A stretch of 64,000 nt of DNA from an uncultured Flavobacteriales bacterium. GTDB taxonomy: Bacteria; Bacteroidota; Bacteroidia; Flavobacteriales_D; CAJJDF01. The stretch spans positions 3,954-67,953 of the forward strand of contig CAJJDF010000024.1 in the NCBI GenBank assembly GCA_905182785.1, written 5' to 3'. The position numbers and the translations under genes are program-made. Shown one piece after another: positions 8,572 to 18,436 of this stretch. Under the pieces are notes generated by a model. It ran no database searches. It saw only the letters and a program-made list of their open reading frames with translations, and was not told the DNA's origin. The stretch's first letter is position 1. Every line of letters starts with the position of its first letter.

Positions 8572-10993
8572 AATCTAATCCACTGTTCGAGAAATCATTG
8601 TAATTAATTGGCTCTGTACTTTCTTGATCGCTACATTTTGTATAATCATCAATGTAATTATCTGGCAATGTAAAGTCAGCTTTAGAAACTTTAAGCGTAG
8701 AATCTTTGTATACTTTATTCATGTAATAGCCAAAAATTGGTAAGCCTGTATTTGCTCCTTGTCCCCAAGCAGTGCTCCTAAATCTCAATCCTCTATCTTC
8801 TCCTCCTACCCAAACTCCAGTTGCTAAATCGGGTGTAATACCTACAAACCATCCATCACTGTTACTTTGTGTTGTACCTGTTTTTCCAGCAACTTGTGTC
8901 GTAATTCCTCCATATTTTTTAGAAGTTGACCTCAACCTCATAGAAGTTCCTCCTGGTTTTTTTCTGTAAGGACTTTGAACACCTGCAACTACACCACACA
9001 TCATTTTTATCATTGTAGCCGATATATTCGCATCAAAAACCTGTTCGGTCTCTGGTTGTGCTTCGTAAATTACTGCCCCATTCTTATCCTCTATTCTGGT
9101 AATAATCATTGGTTTTATAAATACTCCGTCATTGGCAAAAGTACTTAATGCTCCTACCATTTCGTAAACCGATAAATCTACCGCTCCCAAAGCAATAGAA
9201 GGATATGCTTTGATGTGCTTGCCTGGAATCCCCATTTTTATAGCGTTTTCTCTCACTTGTTTCGGGCCAATTGCACCCATCACTGCAGCAGTAATAGGAT
9301 TATCAGAATTGGCTAATCCATACTTTACTCTCATTGGTAACCCATCCAAATCATTTCCACTTTTTGGACACCATTGTCTGTTTGGGTTATCAGGAATTGG
9401 GCAACAATGTTCTATGTGTGGAAATTCTGTGCAAGGCGTTACAACACCAGCATCAATTGCCGAAGCATAAACAATAGGCTTGAAAACAGATCCTACTTGT
9501 CTTCTTCCTGTTCGTACCATGTCGTATTGAAAATACTTGAAATTTGGTCCTCCAACCCATGCTTTTACAAATCCAGTTTTTGGATCCATAGACATCATTC
9601 CTGCTCTCAATATACTTTTTAGGTATTTGATTTTATTCATTGGCGAAATCAAAGTATCCTTTTCATAACCTTTGGCTGCCCAATCAAATACTTGAGTTTG
9701 AGCTGGAGTATTAAAAAGCGTATCAATTTCCGCTTCTGTATGAGTTGGATTGATGTGGTTTTTATTATAATTACAAATGTATGTATCCTTCTTCTTCTCT
9801 GTTCCTGGTCTTTCACAGACTCCACAAGCTTTTCCTACCAGTGTTTTGTAAAGCATGGTTTGTTTTTTGGCTCTATCAAAAACTTGAGCCGCTTCTTTTT
9901 TATCAATCGCACGCACAAAAGGGTATCTTGGATAGTTATACTTACTTTTTAGTTTCCTATTCATTAAAGGCTGCAGTTCAGATTTTAAATGTTCCATCAC
10001 AGCCCATTCTGCATACTTTTGCATACGGGAGTCTATGGTTGTGAAAATCTTCAGCCCATCTTTAAGAATACTGTATTTTTTTCCTGTCTCTTTGTTCATG
10101 TAAACAAACTCTCCTTTGTCGTTTTTTTTATTAAACAACCTATTCAAATCGGCTCTTAATGTTTCTCTAAAATAAGGTGCAATTCCCTCTTTGTGATCCA
10201 CAGAGGTAAGATTTAACCCTAATGGTAACACTCTAATCGAATCGTATTGTTCTTCTGATAACTTATTGTTATTAAACATTTGCTTCAGCACCACTTCTCT
10301 TCTTTTCTTAGCTCTTTCTGGAAATCGTTTTGGGTTGTATCCGTTAGGGTTTTTTACCATTCCCACCAACATTGCAGCTTCTTGGATATTAAGCTCTGTA
10401 GGTGATTTACTAAAATACACTTTGGCCGCAGAGTGAATTCCAACTCCTTGATTCAAGAAATCGACTTTGTTCAGGTACATTGTCATTATTTCTTCTTTGG
10501 TATATCTTTTTTCAAGTTTCACTGCAATAATCCATTCTCCAAACTTCTGTCTTACTCTTCCAAAAAAACTTCCTGCTCTACTTCCGTAAAGATTAAGTGC
10601 CAATTGTTGAGTCAGTGTACTTCCTCCGCCATCTTTCCCCATTCCTTTTATTGCTCTTGCTAGTGCCTCAGCATCAATCCCTGAATGGGAATAAAAACGT
10701 TCATCTTCCGTAGAGACTAATGCTTGTATCACATTTTTATTTATCTCGTGGTAATCTACATTTGTTCTGTTTTGTAAATAGTATTCTCCTATAACTTCTC
10801 CATCTGCCGTAATAATTTGAGAGGCTAAATTACTCTTCGGATTATCCAAGTCAGATATATCGGGCATATCACTAAAGTATGCCAAAACAAGCATGAATAA
10901 TAAGGCCACAAATGGGACAAGAAATACAAGCCATATTAGCTTTATAACTCTTTTCTTTCCCTTGCTAGGAGCTTTTTTAGTTGGTTTGCTCAT
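8555..10993 (-). CDS. mrcA: class A penicillin-binding protein 1A (glycosyltransferase GT51 plus transpeptidase)
   Basis: N-terminal TM anchor. GT51 motifs [12 protein letters not shown] and GGSTLTQQ. Transpeptidase motifs SVFKP (SxxK) and KTGTT. Confidence 0.9.
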   Translation of the reverse strand: MSKPTKKAPSKGKKRVIKLIWLVFLVPFVALLFMLVLAYFSDMPDISDLDNPKSNLASQIITADGEVIGEYYLQNRTNVDYHEINKNVIQALVSTEDERFYSHSGIDAEALARAIKGMGKDGGGSTLTQQLALNLYGSRAGSFFGRVRQKFGEWIIAVKLEKRYTKEEIMTMYLNKVDFLNQGVGIHSAAKVYFSKSPTELNIQEAAMLVGMVKNPNGYNPKRFPERAKKRREVVLKQMFNNNKLSEEQYDSIRVLPLGLNLTSVDHKEGIAPYFRETLRADLNRLFNKKNDKGEFVYMNKETGKKYSILKDGLKIFTTIDSRMQKYAEWAVMEHLKSELQPLMNRKLKSKYNYPRYPFVRAIDKKEAAQVFDRAKKQTMLYKTLVGKACGVCERPGTEKKKDTYICNYNKNHINPTHTEAEIDTLFNTPAQTQVFDWAAKGYEKDTLISPMNKIKYLKSILRAGMMSMDPKTGFVKAWVGGPNFKYFQYDMVRTGRRQVGSVFKPIVYASAIDAGVVTPCTEFPHIEHCCPIPDNPNRQWCPKSGNDLDGLPMRVKYGLANSDNPITAAVMGAIGPKQVRENAIKMGIPGKHIKAYPSIALGAVDLSVYEMVGALSTFANDGVFIKPMIITRIEDKNGAVIYEAQPETEQVFDANISATMIKMMCGVVAGVQSPYRKKPGGTSMRLRSTSKKYGGITTQVAGKTGTTQSNSDGWFVGITPDLATGVWVGGEDRGLRFRSTAWGQGANTGLPIFGYYMNKVYKDSTLKVSKADFTLPDNYIDDYTKCSDQESTEPINYNDFSNSGLDFEYYE

Positions 10994-11477
10994 CCCTTTT
11001 TATAATTTTAAGACCAATATCTTTGATATTATTCAATGATTCTTCTCTCATTCCTTGAGAAAAGGTAAACGTATACTTCCCGGCTATTGGCAGTTTCTTT
11101 TTCAGAAATAACATGCTATTTTCAATTACAGTACCACTTGAAGTTTTTCCAAGCCATTGTCCGTTTGGTTTAGCTAGTATAAACTCCGAAGTATCGGTTT
11201 TTATTCTACCATCAGGCGATTGTAAGTTCCAAAAGACAAACAAATTACTGTATTGATAGTCATTTGTATTCCTCAAATTAAAGGAAAAATTATAAATAAC
11301 AGCAGTGTCCTTTATTTCAAATTCATAAGAAATAGGCTTGTCCATGTTCCAGCCTTCATTTTCTATCTCTGTGTATTTTTGAAAATAAATATTTTCATTA
11401 TCACAGGAATTAAAAAGCGAAGAAACTAGTAGGATTACTAGTGCAATAAGACTACTTTTTCGGCTGACTGTTGTCAT
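10977..11477 (-). CDS. gldH: gliding-motility lipoprotein GldH
   Basis: Lipoprotein signal with lipobox LFNSC. About 160-aa mature protein with a RNTNDYQYSNLFVF...GQWLGKTSSG pattern that I recognise as GldH-like. It sits between the PSP1 gene and PBP1A. I moved the start to the ATG at 11477 (MTTVSRKSSLIALVILL...) because the track start at 11555 overlaps the upstream gene by about 100 nt. Confidence 0.65.
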   Translation of the reverse strand: MTTVSRKSSLIALVILLVSSLFNSCDNENIYFQKYTEIENEGWNMDKPISYEFEIKDTAVIYNFSFNLRNTNDYQYSNLFVFWNLQSPDGRIKTDTSEFILAKPNGQWLGKTSSGTVIENSMLFLKKKLPIAGKYTFTFSQGMREESLNNIKDIGLKIIKRDEQTN

Positions 11478-12636
11478 TTGTCTTTTTGTTTCTGTTTTTA
11501 TTTCTGTTGTTGTTGTTCCTTTTTTTCTTACCTCCTTTTTTGAACGTATTGTCAAATCTCGTCAAGCTATCTTGATCATTTACAGCTGCATAATTTTCCT
11601 CAATAACAGGTTCAAACTCTACAAACTCTTTTAAACTGACAGGTTTTTTTCCTGCCTTATTCATTTCAATAATTTCGTGTACTCTTTCTACCGAAAGTCC
11701 AATAAAATCATTGTTTCTGTCTTTAGATTCTACAGAAAACCACATCATTTTTCTAAAAACATCTGTTTTCATGTGACGTGCTTTACCTCCTTCTGTTTGC
11801 AATTGAGTATTCGCTTTTGGAAATGTTTTCATCAACTCCATGTAAGCATCCAATTCAAAATTCAAACAACATTTAAGTTTACCACATTGCCCAGCCAATT
11901 TTTGTGGGTTAAGAGATAACTGCTGATAGCGAGCTGCAGCCGTATTGACCGAACGGAAATCCGTTAACCAAGTTGAACAACACAGTTCACGACCACAAGA
12001 ACCAATTCCTCCTAATTTCCCTGCCTCTTGTCGCATTCCAATTTGTTTCATCTCAATTCTTACTTTGAATTCAGCAGAAAACCTTTTTATCAATTCTCTA
12101 AAATCTACTCTTTGTTCTGCCGTATAATAAAAAGTAGCTTTGGACATATCGCCTTGAAACTCGATATCACTAATTTTCATTTTTAGTTTCTCTTCAATCG
12201 CCAGTGTTCTAGCTCTAGGCATAATTCTTTTCTCCTCATCTCGCCCTTCATGCCATTTATCTATTTCCTTTGATTCGGCTTTTTGAATAACTCCAGGCAG
12301 GCTTCTTAAATCAGTGATTTTCTTTTTACTCAATTGTAATTTCACCAATTCTCCTGTAAGCGAAACCACTCCAAGGTCATAACCACTTGCAGCCTCTACA
12401 GTGATAATATCTCCTGTATAAAGCGATAATTTTGTGTTGTTATTAAAGTATTCTTTTCTATCGTTTTTGAATCTCACTTCAATTACGCTAAAAGGTTTTT
12501 CTCCTGAAGGAATTTGCATGTTTTCCAACCAGTCAAAAACTGTCATTTTATCGCAACCTCCTGTTCCACATGAACCATTGCTTTTACAGCCATTAGGTAC
12601 GCCAGAAGTATTATTTGAGCATGATGAACATCCCAT
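11452..12636 (-). CDS. PSP1 domain protein (RicT/YaaT-like)
   Basis: 394 aa. Cys-rich N-terminus (MGCSSCSNNTSGVPNGCKSNGSCGTGGCDK). The conserved PSP1 core includes GGIGSCGRELCCSTWL and GQCGKLKCCLNFE. Lys/Asn-rich basic C-terminal tail. Confidence 0.8.
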   Translation of the reverse strand: MGCSSCSNNTSGVPNGCKSNGSCGTGGCDKMTVFDWLENMQIPSGEKPFSVIEVRFKNDRKEYFNNNTKLSLYTGDIITVEAASGYDLGVVSLTGELVKLQLSKKKITDLRSLPGVIQKAESKEIDKWHEGRDEEKRIMPRARTLAIEEKLKMKISDIEFQGDMSKATFYYTAEQRVDFRELIKRFSAEFKVRIEMKQIGMRQEAGKLGGIGSCGRELCCSTWLTDFRSVNTAAARYQQLSLNPQKLAGQCGKLKCCLNFELDAYMELMKTFPKANTQLQTEGGKARHMKTDVFRKMMWFSVESKDRNNDFIGLSVERVHEIIEMNKAGKKPVSLKEFVEFEPVIEENYAAVNDQDSLTRFDNTFKKGGKKKRNNNNRNKNRNKKTNDNSQPKK

Positions 12637-12789
12637 TTGTAATTTTGTATTTATAAAAAAGCACTATATAACACTGCTTTTTGAAAGTTAATATTAGTAA
12701 TAATAAGGGAGATACCTTTTACGGTCTTGATCCAATATATAAGTATCAAATATATTGATTATTCGTTCTAATAGAGATTAAAACCTAAG

Positions 12790-13908
12790 TTATTTTTTAA
12801 TCAATTTGAAAAGAATAAAAGAAAGGTCTAGGAATAATATTTTGGCGTTGGCATTTCTGTCGATATGATAATAGGCTTGGGACATGTCTGTGTGCAAAGC
12901 TTCCATATTTCTTTCATGGACATAAGGCATAAATTTTTCAATAAACTCTTTGTGAGATGGGGTTATTTTTACGTTTTCCATTCCAGAAAAATTCCCTAAA
13001 AGACTTTTTTGAAATAAATTAAGAACAAACAGTAAAAATGCTTTTTGCTTTTCTTTTCCTAATTTTTGAATATTAGCAGAAAATGCAACTGCACCAACCA
13101 CATCTTTTTTGAAACACAAACGCATCCAAGAGACAAATAAATCAAAAAATACTTGCGAATTATCTTGGCTAGAAACTTCGTGCAAAGCCATTGCAAAATC
13201 TCCATTTACATAAGTAGAAATTTCTATTGCTTTCGCTTCATCCACTCCATGATGATTCGCCAATTGATTAGAGATTTGAACTTCAGAAAGTGATTTTAAT
13301 CGAATAATTTGTGTTCTAGAAATTATTGTTGCCAATATTTTTTCTAAATCTTCCACTACTAAAAAGAGTAACGTTTTTTCTGGGGGTTCTTCTATTAATT
13401 TAAGCAACTTATTGGCCGAAGCAATATTCATGTTTTCTGCCAACCAAATTATTGCCACTTTATAGCCTCCTTCGTATGATTTAAGGCTTAATTTTCTGAA
13501 TAATTCTTTACTTTCATCAACCCCTATGATTCCTTTTTTATTTTCATTTTCATTTTTCCCATACCAATCTTGCTCGGTAGAATAAGGATTTGAAATCATC
13601 ATTTCGCGAAATTCACTAATAAAGTCGTCTGATTTTTTCAAGTTTCCTAATATCTGAACAGGAAATGAAAAATGCAAATCAGGATGGGTTAATGTATTTA
13701 TTTTTAAGCAAGAAGGACACGCTCCACATGAGTCGTTTTCTTCTTTATTACTACAGAAAACAAATTGAGCATAGGCCAAAGCTAATGAAAAAGAACCCGA
13801 CCCTAGTTTCCCTTGAAACATTTGAGCGTGACTTATTCTTTCATTTACAACTGTTTGTATAAGATTTTCTTTTATACTTTCTTGTCCTATTACTTCCTTG
13901 AATAACAT
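12790..13908 (-). CDS. holB: DNA polymerase III subunit delta' (clamp-loader AAA+ protein)
   Basis: 372 aa. RISHAQMFQGKLGSGSFSLALAYAQFVFC, a zinc-module-like CGACPSCLK, HPDLHF, and a LLKLIEEPP box followed by SRTQ. Confidence 0.75.
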   Translation of the reverse strand: MLFKEVIGQESIKENLIQTVVNERISHAQMFQGKLGSGSFSLALAYAQFVFCSNKEENDSCGACPSCLKINTLTHPDLHFSFPVQILGNLKKSDDFISEFREMMISNPYSTEQDWYGKNENENKKGIIGVDESKELFRKLSLKSYEGGYKVAIIWLAENMNIASANKLLKLIEEPPEKTLLFLVVEDLEKILATIISRTQIIRLKSLSEVQISNQLANHHGVDEAKAIEISTYVNGDFAMALHEVSSQDNSQVFFDLFVSWMRLCFKKDVVGAVAFSANIQKLGKEKQKAFLLFVLNLFQKSLLGNFSGMENVKITPSHKEFIEKFMPYVHERNMEALHTDMSQAYYHIDRNANAKILFLDLSFILFKLIKK

Positions 13909-13994
13909 AAGTCAAATGTAAGTTTTATTTAAGAATGTGAGAAGAAAAGAGGGATAGTTTTTGTTTCTTTGTGAAGAAATAAATTTGAACAGTT

Positions 13995-14903
13995 ATGGCA
14001 CACAAAGCAGGGTTTGTAAATATTGTAGGAAGTCCAAACGTAGGGAAATCTACTTTGATGAATGGATTAGTAGGGGCAAAAATGTCGATTATTACTTCGA
14101 AACACCAAACTACTCGTCATAGAATTAGAGGAATTGTAAGTGGAAACGATTTTCAAATTGTGTATTCGGATACTCCTGGAGTATTGGAACCAAAATACAA
14201 ACTGCATGAAAAAATGATGAATTTTGTAAACGATTCGCTTCGTGATGCAGATATCATTTTGATGGTTACAGATATTTTTGAAGAATCAATGAATCACAAA
14301 GAAACCTTGGAGAAGATTCAAAAAATGGATGTTCCTAAATTTGTTCTTATCAATAAAATTGATCTTGCGAGGGACATGACTATTGTAGAGGAAAAAGTAG
14401 AATTATGGTCTAAATTAATGCCTGGAGCTCAAATTTTACCAATTTCTGCGCTAGAAAAGGTAAATACAGAATTTGTTATCAATAAAATAAGAGAGCTTTT
14501 GCCAGAATCTCCTGCTTATTTCCCAAAAGATGAATTGACAGACAAACCAATGAAGTTTTTCATCTCTGAAATTATCAGAGAAAAAATATTTACTACTTAC
14601 AACAAAGAAGTGCCATACTCTTGCGAAGTTGTAGTGGAAGAATACAAGGAAGATGTTCCTACTAATGGGATATCTAAAAAACTAATCACAAGGATTAGAG
14701 CATTAATTATAGTAAACAGAGAAACTCAAAAAGGAATTATTATTGGGCATCAAGGAAGTAAATTAACTGAAGTTGGTACGGAGGCTCGTAAGGATATTGA
14801 AGAATTTATTGGTAAAAAAGTATTTCTTGATTTGTACGTAAAAGTGGACAAAGACTGGAAAGAAAAAGACAATAAATTGGGTGAATATGGGTATAACGGA
14901 TAA
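13995..14903 (+). CDS. era: GTPase Era
   Basis: G1 GSPNVGKST, G3 DTPG, G4 NKID, and a C-terminal KH domain (IIVNRETQKGIIIGHQGSKL). Confidence 0.95.
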   Translation: MAHKAGFVNIVGSPNVGKSTLMNGLVGAKMSIITSKHQTTRHRIRGIVSGNDFQIVYSDTPGVLEPKYKLHEKMMNFVNDSLRDADIILMVTDIFEESMNHKETLEKIQKMDVPKFVLINKIDLARDMTIVEEKVELWSKLMPGAQILPISALEKVNTEFVINKIRELLPESPAYFPKDELTDKPMKFFISEIIREKIFTTYNKEVPYSCEVVVEEYKEDVPTNGISKKLITRIRALIIVNRETQKGIIIGHQGSKLTEVGTEARKDIEEFIGKKVFLDLYVKVDKDWKEKDNKLGEYGYNG

Positions 14904-14906
14904 TCC

Positions 14907-15602
14907 ATGAAAACTAAAATTGGAAACGACTGGAATGGGGTTTTAAAAGATGAATTCGAAAAAGAATACTTTGAAAAGTTAACCGATTTTGTAAAAACCG
15001 AATACAAATCGGAGGTTTGTTTTCCTCCAGTGAAAGACATTTTTAATGCCTTTGAAATGTGTTCATTTTCTAATACTAAAATTGTAATTCTTGGGCAAGA
15101 CCCTTACCATGGAAAAGGGCAAGCTCACGGATTAAGCTTTTCTGTTCCAGAAGGAATGAAAATTCCACCTTCGTTACGAAATATTTTCAAAGAATTAGCC
15201 TCTGACTTGGGAGTAGATAGTCCAACTCAAGGGGATTTAACCTCTTGGGCAAAACAAGGCGTTTTATTATTAAACGCTACCTTGACAGTCCGTAAATCTA
15301 AGCCTGTAAGCCATCAAAAACAAGGTTGGGAAGAATTTACAGATTCTGTGATTAAAACCATTTCTAATAAGAAAGAATCAGTTGTGATTGTGTTGTGGGG
15401 AAAATTTGCAGAACAAAAAGTCTCTTTGATTGACGAATCGAAACATTGCATAATTACTTCTTCACATCCTTCTCCATTTTCTGCTCACAGAGGTTTCTTG
15501 GGTTCAAAACCATTTAGTAAAACGAATGAATTTTTGGAGAAAAAAGGAATTGAGAAAATTGATTGGGAGTTGAAAAACGACCAAGTTAAAATGGAGTTTT
15601 AA
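14907..15602 (+). CDS. ung: uracil-DNA glycosylase (family 1)
   Basis: GQDPYHG water-activating loop, LLLN, and HPSPFSA C-terminal motif. Starts 4 nt after the era stop. Confidence 0.95.
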   Translation: MKTKIGNDWNGVLKDEFEKEYFEKLTDFVKTEYKSEVCFPPVKDIFNAFEMCSFSNTKIVILGQDPYHGKGQAHGLSFSVPEGMKIPPSLRNIFKELASDLGVDSPTQGDLTSWAKQGVLLLNATLTVRKSKPVSHQKQGWEEFTDSVIKTISNKKESVVIVLWGKFAEQKVSLIDESKHCIITSSHPSPFSAHRGFLGSKPFSKTNEFLEKKGIEKIDWELKNDQVKMEF

Positions 15603-15622
15603 TTTATTGATAACCCTTACTT

Positions 15623-15672
15623 ATTCTGAGTGAAATATTCTTTGTGAGATCCTGAAACAAATTCATAATGAC
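15623..15672. repeat. short intergenic repeat element, copy 2 (hairpin degenerated)
   Basis: ATTCTGAGTGAAATATTCTTTGTGAGAT...AATGAC. Same order and spacing of blocks as 5282..5331. Confidence 0.55.
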
Positions 15673-15764
15673 TTGTGTTACTTTAAAAAACAATACTTCA
15701 TTATTCTCTTGATTCAAACTAATAAGTTTTTAAATTTATTTCTACATTTATAAAAAACCAATAA

Positions 15765-17099
15765 TTGGAATACGCAATAGTAGACATAGAAACCACTGGA
15801 GGAAGTCCATCTACCAGTAAAATAACTGAAATTGCGATTGTAATTACTGATGGAGAGAACATAATTGATTCTTACGAAACATTACTATTTCCCGAACAAA
15901 ATATCCCCTACAACATTACAGCTCTCACAGGAATTAGTAACCAAATGGTGGCTCATTCTCCTAAGTTTTTTGAAGTTGCAAAAACTATTCTTAGCTACTT
16001 AGAAGGAAGAGTTTTTGTAGCCCATAACGTCAATTTTGATTACGGATTTGTAAAGCAAGAATTCAAAAGTTTAGGCTTTTCCTACGAAAGTGAAAAAATG
16101 TGTACCGTTCGTTTGTCAAGAAAAGCTTTTCCAGGGTTGCCTTCATACAGTTTGGGGAAACTAAGCAAATCACTTGGTGTAAAACTTAACAATGCGCACA
16201 GAGCAATGGCTGATACCATGGCTACTGTAGAAGTTTTTCATCAAATAATGCGCGTACAAGAAGACTTGGACATTGTAACTAACTTGGCCGAAAAACTAGG
16301 TATAACTAAACTCCCTAACAAAGCAGGGGTCTATTATTTTAAGGATTTTGATGGTAAAATAATTTATGTTGGTAAAAGCATCAACATAAAAAAAAGAGTG
16401 CAAAGCCATATGAGAAACTTTTCTACCAAGAGAGGAATTACGATTATGGAAACGATACAGTCTATAGAATTTAAACTGACGGGAAACGAGACTATGGCTT
16501 TACTCTATGAAACTATGGAGATAAAGAACCATAGACCAATTCATAACCGAGCTCAAAAAAAGACAAAATACCCGTTTGGGATTTCGATAAATCGCGAAGA
16601 TGAATTTCATAAACTGGAACTCAAAGAAGTAAACCAATATAGCGATACAATAATTGAATTTGGCTCTAGAAGAGAAGCAAAAACATTTATTTTGGATATA
16701 ATCGAACGATTTGACCTTTGCCAGAAATTGAATGGCTTAGAAAATGTAAACCGAGTGGGTTCCTGTTTTCAATATCAATTACACAATTGTAACGGAGGTT
16801 GTATTGGGGAAGAAAGTGGGGAAGATTACAACTTAAGAATTGAGAAATTTGAAGCGCAATATGGTTACACAAATGAATCGGGAATTTACACCTCAACAGG
16901 GAGAAAAAAATCAGAAATTTCTTTTATAATGCTTGATAATGGAATTATAACTGGGTTTGGATTCACCTCTTCTTCTATGGGATTAAACTGGGGAAGTTTG
17001 CAATTATTAACAGAAGAATTTAATCCAGATAAAGATTTTCAAAGGGCTTTTAAGACCATGAAAAGGAATGGGAAATTTGAGAAGGCAGCTAGTTTTTAA
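15765..17099 (+). CDS. DnaQ-like 3'-5' exonuclease fused to a GIY-YIG (Cho/UvrC N-terminal-like) nuclease domain
   Basis: TTG start. Exo I DIETTG, Exo II VAHNVNFD, Exo III HRAMAD. These are followed by GVYYFKDFDGKIIYVGKSINIKKRVQSH (GIY-YIG). Confidence 0.8.
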   Translation: MEYAIVDIETTGGSPSTSKITEIAIVITDGENIIDSYETLLFPEQNIPYNITALTGISNQMVAHSPKFFEVAKTILSYLEGRVFVAHNVNFDYGFVKQEFKSLGFSYESEKMCTVRLSRKAFPGLPSYSLGKLSKSLGVKLNNAHRAMADTMATVEVFHQIMRVQEDLDIVTNLAEKLGITKLPNKAGVYYFKDFDGKIIYVGKSINIKKRVQSHMRNFSTKRGITIMETIQSIEFKLTGNETMALLYETMEIKNHRPIHNRAQKKTKYPFGISINREDEFHKLELKEVNQYSDTIIEFGSRREAKTFILDIIERFDLCQKLNGLENVNRVGSCFQYQLHNCNGGCIGEESGEDYNLRIEKFEAQYGYTNESGIYTSTGRKKSEISFIMLDNGIITGFGFTSSSMGLNWGSLQLLTEEFNPDKDFQRAFKTMKRNGKFEKAASF

Positions 17100-17152
17100 G
17101 GCTTTTTATTTACTTCTATCTTTTTTTGATTTAGGCTAGGAGATGTAACTAA

Positions 17153-18199
17153 TTATAACTCTTCATTAAAAAACACTTTGTAAAAATGCATCTTTTTTTC
17201 TTCGTCATACCCTCTTTCTAGATTTTCCTTTACCGTATCTATTTCGTTAGGATCAATCTTTATTTGAATCATGGTATCCAAAAGAATTTCTGATTTTATT
17301 TTCTTCTTTTCCTTCTTTAATGTTGTTTGCTCAATATTGAAACTTGCTTCCAAATCTACATTGTGAATTTGCTTATACTCCTCTTTGTATTCTTCAAATT
17401 TATCTGTTATTTCAAACGGCTCAAGTAATTCTTCTTTCAGGATATCAGAGTTTATGAATTCATTTTCATTGAACACTCTCATTGTTTGATTTATGAAATC
17501 TTTTTGAGCCAATGTATCGTTATTTAACACCAGATTTGCCGAAAAATCTGAAATCATATTCAGGTAATGTTTCGTCTGAAAAGAATCGTTATGCACTTCT
17601 TCCAATCCCAGAAAATCATTTTTCCAATACGAAGCGTCATATGAGTTATTGTCTACCGATAAGATTCTAAGTCCATCGTCCTTTTCGGTATTGATTATCA
17701 GACACCCTTTATCTATCTTTTGCAACTTTACTCCTTTGTCAATAATAAAATCGATTCCATCCTCCCTGTGATTGAAGTTCAAAAATTCTAATTTTTTTTC
17801 AATTTTAAAAACTCCAATTGCTGTTGTTATGATATCATTGAATTCAATGTCATGAAATTCAACTACAAACAGTTCTCCTGTTTTTATTTGAGGGTGAATT
17901 GAGTTTTCGTACAAGTGGCCAAGAACTGCATTGGAATAAGGGATAAAATCTTGTTCTTCGTCAAAATATTTCTTTGTCAAATCAAACATAGTGTTGTATT
18001 CCAGGCTGATGTGATGCGAAAATTTATTGAGCTCAATGGATGTTTTTACCGAACTCAAAAAGAAACTTTTTAGTGCTTTATCTTCTTTTTCAGATAAACT
18101 CACCTCAGCTTTCGCCAAGAAATTTAACTCTTCTTTTGTTTTACTTCCTACTTTCTGGAGAGTAATGCGCTCTATAAATGTTCTTTTTGTGTTTAGCAT
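17153..18199 (-). CDS. possible nucleoid-associated protein (NdpA/YejK-like)
   Basis: 348 aa. N-terminal ITLQKVGSKTKEE resembles the lHxVGNK opening of Bacteroidota NA37-family proteins. The central DKGCLIIN...VDNNSYDASYWKNDFLG block also fits. Recognition is by memory only. Confidence 0.45.
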   Translation of the reverse strand: MLNTKRTFIERITLQKVGSKTKEELNFLAKAEVSLSEKEDKALKSFFLSSVKTSIELNKFSHHISLEYNTMFDLTKKYFDEEQDFIPYSNAVLGHLYENSIHPQIKTGELFVVEFHDIEFNDIITTAIGVFKIEKKLEFLNFNHREDGIDFIIDKGVKLQKIDKGCLIINTEKDDGLRILSVDNNSYDASYWKNDFLGLEEVHNDSFQTKHYLNMISDFSANLVLNNDTLAQKDFINQTMRVFNENEFINSDILKEELLEPFEITDKFEEYKEEYKQIHNVDLEASFNIEQTTLKKEKKKIKSEILLDTMIQIKIDPNEIDTVKENLERGYDEEKKMHFYKVFFNEEL

Positions 18200-18436
18200 C
18201 TTTTGGATTTTAAAAGACGAATTTAAGACATTGAAATAGTTATAGAATACTAAAGTCTAATTTATCTTTCAATAGATTAAATAATTCTTTTTGGTTGTGT
18301 GTATAAATGCCTTTAATAGGGAACATCTTTAACTTGTTTCAGAATTTATTTTCGGCAAACTGGTTAATAAAAATAGGATACAAAACAAATAGGAATTAAG
18401 CGGTTATTATTCTTAGATAGAAACGAGATTAATTGG

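Noticed and set aside
11478-11555. Longer N-terminal extensions offered by the ORF track for gldH (to 11555), sucD (from 34227), the beta-propeller protein (to 52648) and the vWA protein (to 55005)
   Set aside because: In each case an internal ATG immediately precedes a classic signal peptide or the conserved N-terminus. The extension either overlaps the upstream gene or uses a TTG.
12747-12754. Second TATATTTG (minus strand) about 110 nt upstream of the PSP1 gene, considered as a promoter -7 box
   Set aside because: No -33 TTTG-like partner occurs at the expected distance. An 8-mer of this composition is expected by chance in AT-rich spacers, so I did not list it as a feature.
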